Of a stretch of DNA of 64,000 bases, positions 58,101 through 64,000 are shown piece by piece (position 1 is the stretch's first letter; each line of letters begins with the position of its first letter). Source of the stretch: Veleropilina oligotropha (Eukaryota). The position numbers were made by a program, and so were the translations under genes. The notes under the pieces were generated by a model that saw only the letters and a program-made list of their open reading frames with translations, ran no database searches and was not told where the DNA came from. The stretch covers positions 310,001 to 374,000 of the forward strand of contig JBEUKZ010000096.1 of the NCBI GenBank assembly GCA_048128005.1, in the 5' to 3' direction.

Positions 58101-61100
58101 GAAAAAATGTCTTGTTATTAACCGAAAATAACTATTTTGCTATCTTATGAACAGACATATTTTATACATGAATAATAGTAAACTGTTCTGTGTTTGACAA
58201 TTTTATTCTATAATTATTAAATAAGCGAAATATCTTAATAACAGGTACCGATATCTTATTAAGTGGAATGGTCTGTAATACAAATGTGTACCATTTTCGC
58301 TTTATTATATATTGTTTGCTATACCGATCAGTTAATATACTGTGGCTCCTAAAATTCAAAAGTGGCGAAAGAAAATTGAAAGTGGCGAAAGTGGTGGCGA
58401 AACTTTTTCAGAACCCAGGCCCATCCCTGATTTAGTATATACAATACATTTTCTTTATTGAAAAACAGGATCTCTAAAATTATTAATAAGTTTACTGACA
58501 TCTTAAAAGTAATTTCAAGACTACAAAGCCGATCTAAGCCTAAAAACTCTATACTTCGTCCTAGGCTAACACGTTTAAATACCGGTAGGCTACCACCCTT
58601 ATTTTATTCGATCAAAGTGTGGCATGTAGATTAAAATAATATCTTCATCATCTGTCATCTACTCATCAGGATGAAGTATCAAAGTTATACGGCCAGGACA
58701 GCGAACAATCCAAAGCCAAGCTCGATGTACGTACGTATGGGGCAATTAAATATATACATGCTTAAAATATAGGGTAAATGTATCTGTTTTGTCTAAAATG
58801 TGCAATGCAACTTGGTGTCACTTTGTAATACAGATTGTATGGTTAGTTTCTTTTAATAATTAGGAAGCTGATCAATATGATGCTATATTCACTGAACCAT
58901 TTTAATTACCTTCACGTTTATATAATAATAATAATAGTCCATTTATAACGCGCTGTATTCCATGTATTGATTTATTTTATTTATTTATTTATTTAAGTGA
59001 ACAACAGACATAAAATCCAATTATAGTTCACGGTAACGCTATATACATACAACATAAAATATTAATATTAACAACAGCAATGTTATGACAGTAATTAATA
59101 AATAAAGGTAGAATAAACAATATATGTATATATACATGTAAAAGCAAATAAAATTGAAACTAAAATCAGGTCACAAGCATTAGATAACTGGTCGCAAATA
59201 TTTGGATAACATTCTTTTAAAAACTCCAGGCGACGAAAATAAATCTAAACTTATCTTAGCTGCAATTGCATTAAAAACAGATAAAACATTTGGCACAAAA
59301 GAATGTTTCCTTGAATTTGTTATAGCGAAGGTTTGAATAGCTCTGAGTCGCCTGATGAGGGTATAAAAAGGAATTTGGCTCAATAAATAAGGACATTTTG
59401 TGTGAGACATAACAATATTTTGTAAAAGAGACAGTCTTATAAATGTTCGTCTGTTTTCAAGTGAATGGATATTAAAAATATTACATTTATCTGTATAAGA
59501 TATCTCAGAATGGCTAATACCTTGCTTATAATCGACTACGCACTAAAGAATAATAAAGAGAAAATAGGGTGTCTTTGGATTTGAAAGACTTACAAGAACG
59601 TTTGATGAAGCCCACCATTTTATAAGCTTTGGCACATATTATGTCTATATGAGAGTTAAAGTTTAGTGAACTATTGACGATAACACCCAAGTCACATATT
59701 GCGTTCACTCAATCTAACAGAACGCCATTTAATATATACTCAAAAGTAATAGATTTGCGTTTCGCTGTAAAGCTTATACATTTGCATTTTAAAATATTCA
59801 AAGACAATTTCCATGTGGTGCACCAATCTGAGATAGAGTTAATGTCTTGCTGAAATAATTCACAATCTTCAATACATGTAACATCTCTGAATATTTTTGA
59901 ATCATCAGCATACATAGAAATCGAGCTGTTACATAAAACTGAAGGTAAATCATTTATATATAAAATAAACATAAGAGGACCAAGGATGGAACCCTGTGGG
60001 ACTCCAGATAGCACACTCGATCATACACCATACACCATTTACAACTACTTTCTGCACTCTGGCATGCAGATATGAAATTAGAAAATTGATGACTGGTCCA
60101 GTTATACCATAATGCTTTAGTTTATGCACCAAAAGTTTGTGGTTTATTGAGTCAAATGCTTTCGAGAAATCGATATAGATAGCATCCACCTGTAGTTTCA
60201 TATCCACATGTTTTGTAATCTGGTCGATATATGACACAAGATTAGTTGATGTGGAGCGTCCTTTAACAAAACCATGTTGCTCGTCGCAGATGTAATTTTT
60301 GACATGTTCATAGAGTTGGTTTTGGACAATTTTCTCGAAGACCTTTGAGAATAGAGGCAACAGCGAAATTGGTCTGTAATTATTTACAATGTTTTTGTCA
60401 CCACCCTTATGTATCGGTATTACATTTGCCGTTTTGGAGAAACTGGGAAATACGCCGGAGTTTAAACATTTATTGAAAATTAAAGTGAGTGGAAGAGCCA
60501 CCTCTTCATCGTATTCGCGTAATATGATACCTGAAATATTATCTGGGCTGCACGCTTTACGCACAGCTGTATTTTTTAGAACGTGTTTAACATCTTCAAT
60601 ATTGACCTCAATGTGCATCAATTCGCTATTTATAAAGTCTTCTTTTATCTCTGGTAACATATTAACATCATCATTGGTAAAAACAGAATAAAAATAGTCA
60701 TTAAATAAATTGGCGACATCGGTCGGGTTGTCGGCTCTAAGATCGCCATATTTCATAGATGAGGGGATTGATGAGCATTTCCTTTTCGACCGAACAAAAC
60801 TCCAGAAACGCTTATTGTTATCAATGATATCGACCTCAATCTGCGAAAGGTATATACATGCTCTAAGCGCAGACATTACTATCCCTGGTTTTATCAGCCT
60901 GTTCTGTCATGAATCCATCTCCGCTCTCTTTGAGAGTATTACAGTCAAGCTGCCACTTCTAAGCGCTATGACTAATTAACATGCCAACCAGGTACCCAAT
61001 TAAGTCGGCTGGGTGAACCGAGGCACATATATGCTTAATTCCTTGCCCAAGGAAATTTGCCGGGATCGGGGTTTGAACCCCAAGCCTCTCGATGAGAGGC

Positions 61101-62080
61101 CAGTGCAACTACCACTGTACCACGGCTGCATATCATGACATGTCCATATTATCGCCAGAGGAAACGAGTGAATTGAGAGCTCATGCTCTTGTCCACTCCA
61201 CCGCCGGTGCGGCCTTTCGATTGTAAGTATTTGTAAAATGATTTATAAATGTGGTATATTTAATTGACTTATAATACTCATCTACAGTATTATGAAAAAT
61301 GTGTAGTTAATATTTTGTACATTTACTTCAGAGTTGTCTCGCTGATTTGGGCTCTGTGTCCAATCATTATAAAGACGTTGTAGAGTTCGGTTTCTCTCAG
61401 CTGAATAGCAGTGCTGTCAAGCCGCGTATACGACCACTGTTAGATTCATTCCTGTCCAGCATTCACAATCTATCTGAGGTAAGGCAATATGTTAATAATT
61501 ATTTTTACGACCATATTTCAACAAGTCTTATTATTGTAGATAAGGACTCCGGTTTAAAATATCAATTCAGTCAATGTTGACTCATCAAAACACTAATGCA
61601 ACTCAAATCTTTAATTTTGTTTATTGCATGAGTGGTGCAAACAATACGATGTCAATTTAATTTAGAGGGTGAGGGTTGATTAATTTTTATAACAACCATG
61701 CCAACAGTATTTCAGTCATAATTTGTTTAATCGACTGATCAAATTACTCTGTGCTGTGTCCAATGGAGACAGCGGTCAGGGGGAAAATCCCCAGCACTCC
61801 TGGGGATCAAACCTTATTAAGATCTTCAGCATTGTAGACCTGTTCCTATCCACACATTCATGCTGCCCTCTACCAATTTAGAAGAAAGGATCTGACTATT
61901 TGAATATTTTAAACGATAAAATCTTTTGTTTTAACTTGTAATATGGGATTTATGCTATTTATAACTTAATTATATAAATGAATGTATTCTCTGCAGGATG
62001 ACTTCTCTAATTACGAGGCCAACGATCCATGGGTACAAAGCTTCATTGTCAGCGTGGACAATATGCTCGGAACTTTTAAG
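39996..62080 (+). CDS. COG4: Conserved oligomeric Golgi complex subunit 4; 18 coding exons in the window, 3' end beyond the window
   Basis: Spliced translation includes PNLQ...[111 protein letters not shown] and YEANDPWVQ; all GT-AG junctions are phase-consistent. Confidence 0.97.
40207..42238 (+). mobile_element. Mutator-like (MULE) transposon in COG4 intron 1
   Basis: ACTCACCGCC repeats at the left end and GGCGGTGAGT repeats at the right end; ends GGTGACC...CTGTATTC; flanked by T8C and T7C; transposase inside. Confidence 0.9.
40284..42017 (+). pseudogene. PHD finger + FLYWCH-like + MULE transposase with premature stops
   Basis: [19 protein letters not shown] (PHD); WVC...[26 protein letters not shown] and [10 protein letters not shown]; in-frame stops at ~40598 and ~41893. 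Confidence 0.9.
42269..42473. mobile_element. Small MITE (GGGG termini); related decayed copy at ~39500-39680
   Basis: GGGGTAGTTTGCAG..GGGTCCCCAG / CTGGGGACCC..CTGCAAGTGCCCC; the block AGGGTCAGTGTATT..GGTTAGCTAACCCT..ACTGGGGACCCTTAA.CTGCAAGTGCCCC is also at 39609-39680. Confidence 0.7.
42890..43300 (+). pseudogene. Highly decayed RNase H domain of a non-LTR retrotransposon
   Basis: Fragments FTDGS, SNYK, VLFTD, QWI and NEKADDLSK in RNase HI order, with frameshifts. Confidence 0.6.
43585..43667 (+). CDS. COG4: COG4 exon 2
   Basis: [37 protein letters not shown]. Confidence 0.92.
44432..44927. mobile_element. piggyBac-like MITE
   Basis: TTAA|CTCTTTCATCAT ... ATGATGAAAGGG|TTAA; subterminal repeat CTATAGCGGGCTGCCATG twice. 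Confidence 0.75.
44951..45065 (+). CDS. COG4: COG4 exon 3
   Basis: [14 protein letters not shown]...RQLDLAK|GTAGGA. Confidence 0.95.
45424..45525 (+). CDS. COG4: COG4 exon 4
   Basis: [44 protein letters not shown]. Confidence 0.95.
46634..46706 (+). CDS. COG4: COG4 exon 5
   Basis: [34 protein letters not shown]. Confidence 0.94.
47117..47310 (+). CDS. COG4: COG4 exon 6
   Basis: [11 protein letters not shown]...[18 protein letters not shown]...LSAQ|GTGAGT. Confidence 0.95.
47447..47608. repeat. Short fold-back / MITE-like palindrome
   Basis: GTAGGTATTTTC..TACTTTTAGAACTTTTTGTTGAAA..CCGAC mirrored by GTCGG..TTTCAAGAAAAAGTCCTAAAAGTA..GAAAATACATAC. Confidence 0.65.
48303..48459 (+). CDS. COG4: COG4 exon 7
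   Basis: TTAG|LSETAHK...[27 protein letters not shown]. Confidence 0.95.
51743..51849 (+). CDS. COG4: COG4 exon 8
   Basis: [22 protein letters not shown]...FDRK|GTAACA. Confidence 0.95.
52036..52088 (+). CDS. COG4: COG4 exon 9
   Basis: [27 protein letters not shown]; its phase bridges exons 8 and 10. Confidence 0.85.
52376..52472 (+). CDS. COG4: COG4 exon 10
   Basis: [42 protein letters not shown]. Confidence 0.93.
52907..52949 (+). CDS. COG4: COG4 exon 11
   Basis: [24 protein letters not shown]; phase-consistent. Confidence 0.85.
53216..53334 (+). CDS. COG4: COG4 exon 12
   Basis: TCAG|KVSEVD...[34 protein letters not shown]. Confidence 0.94.
53570..53655 (+). CDS. COG4: COG4 exon 13
   Basis: [38 protein letters not shown]. 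Confidence 0.95.
54091..55302 (+). mobile_element. HINE-like element with ~7 copies of a ~156-bp tandem repeat
   Basis: ATCCCCCGC ... GCGGGGGAT subterminal inverted repeats, GTCC microsatellite; CCGGAGC recurs at ~54142, 54299, 54453, 54610 and 54767. Confidence 0.82.
55498..55717 (+). CDS. COG4: COG4 exon 14
   Basis: [22 protein letters not shown]...AKSLFL|GTACCT. Confidence 0.92.
56253..56315 (+). CDS. COG4: COG4 exon 15
   Basis: [31 protein letters not shown]. Confidence 0.93.
56567..58429. mobile_element. Non-autonomous hAT-like element with 6-bp target duplication
   Basis: Imperfect TIR CACGGATCAGCCTGG / CCAGGCCCATCCCTG; TGGCGA subterminal repeats at both ends; ATTTAG at 56561-56566 and 58430-58435. 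Confidence 0.78.
58670..58726 (+). CDS. COG4: COG4 exon 16
   Basis: [29 protein letters not shown]. Confidence 0.9.
58922..61129 (-). mobile_element. tRNA-derived SINE split by a LINE insertion (SINE parts ~58922-58967 and ~60850-61129)
   Basis: Minus strand: A box TGGTACAGTGG, B box GGTTCAAACC, central TCCTTGGGCAAG..TCACCCAG..TGGGTACC block, L2-like tail AGCGCTT..GCGCGTTATAAAT then (TAT)n. Confidence 0.8.
58968..60849 (-). mobile_element. 5'-truncated CR1-group LINE (decayed RT)
   Basis: [36 protein letters not shown] and DLGV motifs with frameshifts; (AATAA)n tail at ~58970-58995. Confidence 0.93.
61332..61478 (+). CDS. COG4: COG4 exon 17
   Basis: TCAG|SCLADLG...AVKPRIRP...HNLSE|GTAAGG. 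Confidence 0.94.
61997..62080 (+). CDS. COG4: COG4 exon 18
   Basis: [38 protein letters not shown]. Confidence 0.95.
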
Positions 62081-62248
62081 GTAAAAATGACAACACAGGT
62101 GGGCACAAATGTTAGTCTGGATTTGATCAGGAGCAACTATCTGCAGATGACCAGGGTCTGACCACTTAAAATAGCATTCAATGCAAGGCAGCAATACATT
62201 TTAATTTTGATTAAGATTTTATTATTATATTGTTAGTTGCTATATATT

Positions 62249-63346
62249 TTTGTCCCCCGCCGCGAGGCGGACGGGGGACATAGTATTCACGTCCGTCCGT
62301 CTGTCCGTCCGTCCTTCCGTCCGTCCGTCCTTCCGTCCTTCCGTCCATGTTTCCGTCCCGGATTTTTCTGTCATCTTTTTTTGTCATTTAGAGAAATGGT
62401 AGCTTTCCGAAACTTTACAGGTCAATTAACCACATCATTGAGTAGATCAAGTTCAAATATTGGAAATTTATTATGAAAACTTATGATTTTTGGCAACTTT
62501 TTGACTATTTTGAACATAGTCTCTGGAAGCATGGATGTGGTCAATTTTCCGTCAACAATTTTTTACATTTAGAGAAATGCTAGCTTTCCGAAACTTTACA
62601 GGTCAACTAACCACATCATTGGGTAGATCAAGTTAGAATATTTGGAATTTATTTTAAAATGTTATGTTTTTATTGCAACTTTTCGGCGATTTTGAACATA
62701 GTCTCTGCAAGCATGGGTGTGGTCAATTTTATCACAACAATTTTTTACATTTAGAGAAATGCTAGCTTTGCAAAACTTTATAGATCAACAAATCACATCA
62801 TGGGGTAGATCAAGTTCGATTATTGAGAATTTATTTTAAAAATTGAATATAATTTTTGACAACTTTGGACTTAAATTTGTACCCAAAACTCACTAAATTA
62901 TTTTTCCTTTACAGACTTGTTTCATTTTCAGAGATGCTAGCTTTCTGAAGCTTTACAGATCAATTAACCCCATCATGGGGTAGATCAGGTTCAAATATTG
63001 GGGATTTTTTGAAACCTTGATTTATTGCTGACTTTTGCCGATTTAAAACATAGTCTTTGGATGTATGAAATTTATCAATTTTCTCTAAACTAAATTTTCC
63101 TTTTAGAGAAATATTAGCTTTCTGAAACTTCACAGATCAACTAACCACATAATGGGATGGATAAAGTTTAGAATAATGAAAATTATTTAATTTATATTTA
63201 CACTTAGTCTATCTATCTCTTTAGCCTCTGATGGCAGGAAATCTTTCTTAATTCTCATTGAGTTACTGATACACAGCGTGCAAAAATATATATGCGGTCA
63301 ATAATACGGGCGGGGGACAATCGCCACTTAGTGGCAATCACTTGTT
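62249..63346 (+). mobile_element. HINE/DINE-1-like element with ~5 copies of a ~180-bp tandem repeat
   Basis: TGTCCCCCGCC ... GGCGGGGGACA subterminal IRs, (GTCY)n microsatellite, 3' hairpin GCCACTTAGTGGC, T-run insertion site; GCTTT..AACTT.ACAG unit at ~62402, 62583, 62765, 62940 and 63117. Confidence 0.88.
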
Positions 63347-64000
63347 TACTTTTAACTCTTTAGAGTCGTAACATGTAATGCACACAGTGCACTGTGTGTC
63401 GTACGATTTATAGCAGTTTAGTCGCAGTAATACTGGTACTAAACTCTTTATTATAATAGGCAAACCATATATATTCTGAAAGGTCAGTGTTAGGGAAGTA
63501 AAATAAACATTCAATATTTTATTATATCACGTGGTTACCATGGAGACACTGACGTCACATGAACACGTGGTCATGACCAAAAAAGACAAATTTACGTATT
63601 TATTTACTCATAGACGATATACAACATGCCTTCCTATGTAATTTGGGTAGATAATAGTATACTAGATGGAATGATACCAAGGGGTTATAAAATCAAATCA
63701 AAATAATATAAGTAGCGATTAAAATAAACATTATGACGTCACAAAATGTCCATTTGCTGACATAACAGTAGTTGGATAAATAAATATATCGAATAAAGAT
63801 GATTTCATGGTGCAAGGGAGGTAACTTTGTTTGGATTATCATTCGAATATAGTTGCTACTGACGTTGAAGTCGTAGAACGAGTTCATAAACATCAAATAT
63901 ATAGTATAGGATGACGCCAACACAAAAACGAGTTAACTCGTCATTCGACCCCTGGGAAATATTTGAGGGTACGAGTTAACTCGTCATTCAACTTCAAAGA

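Noticed and set aside
61055..61129. tRNA gene
   Set aside because: A and B boxes are present but run directly into a SINE body; treated as a SINE head.
63440..64000. Palindromes ACGAGTTAACTCGT (63928 and 63971) and TGACGTCA motifs
   Set aside because: Probably the interior of another non-autonomous transposon cut off by the window edge; ends cannot be defined.

Overview
AT-rich animal (invertebrate-like) nuclear DNA with spliceosomal introns. Two housekeeping genes sit head-to-head around a ~0.6 kb ATG-to-ATG interval: SF3B3 on the minus strand (first 4 coding exons, 39373 down to 13610, continuing left of the window) and COG4 on the plus strand (18 coding exons, 39996-62080, continuing right). 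The introns are packed with transposons, many nested. They include two near-identical intact DIRS1-type tyrosine-recombinase retrotransposons (4389-11863, 25571-33028), an esterase-bearing CR1/L2-group LINE interrupted by a MULE and by DIRS copy 1, a decayed hAT element with a 5-bp target duplication inside a Tc1/mariner-type MITE, a TTAA-flanked Kolobok-like element, a PHD-FLYWCH-MULE element, a LINE inside a tRNA-derived SINE, several Helentron-associated (HINE-like) elements and small MITEs. I did not find a wholly new gene system. The most notable observations are the SF3B3/COG4 head-to-head pair (also the human arrangement), the DIRS junctions (AAA^ATA, no duplication, the TAT of the internal junction template apparently absent from the element ends), a cluster of amino-acid changes in the DIRS Gag N-terminus, and CAG-ended elements with 5-, 6- and 7-bp target duplications. 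Coordinates were read by eye and may be off by a few bases.
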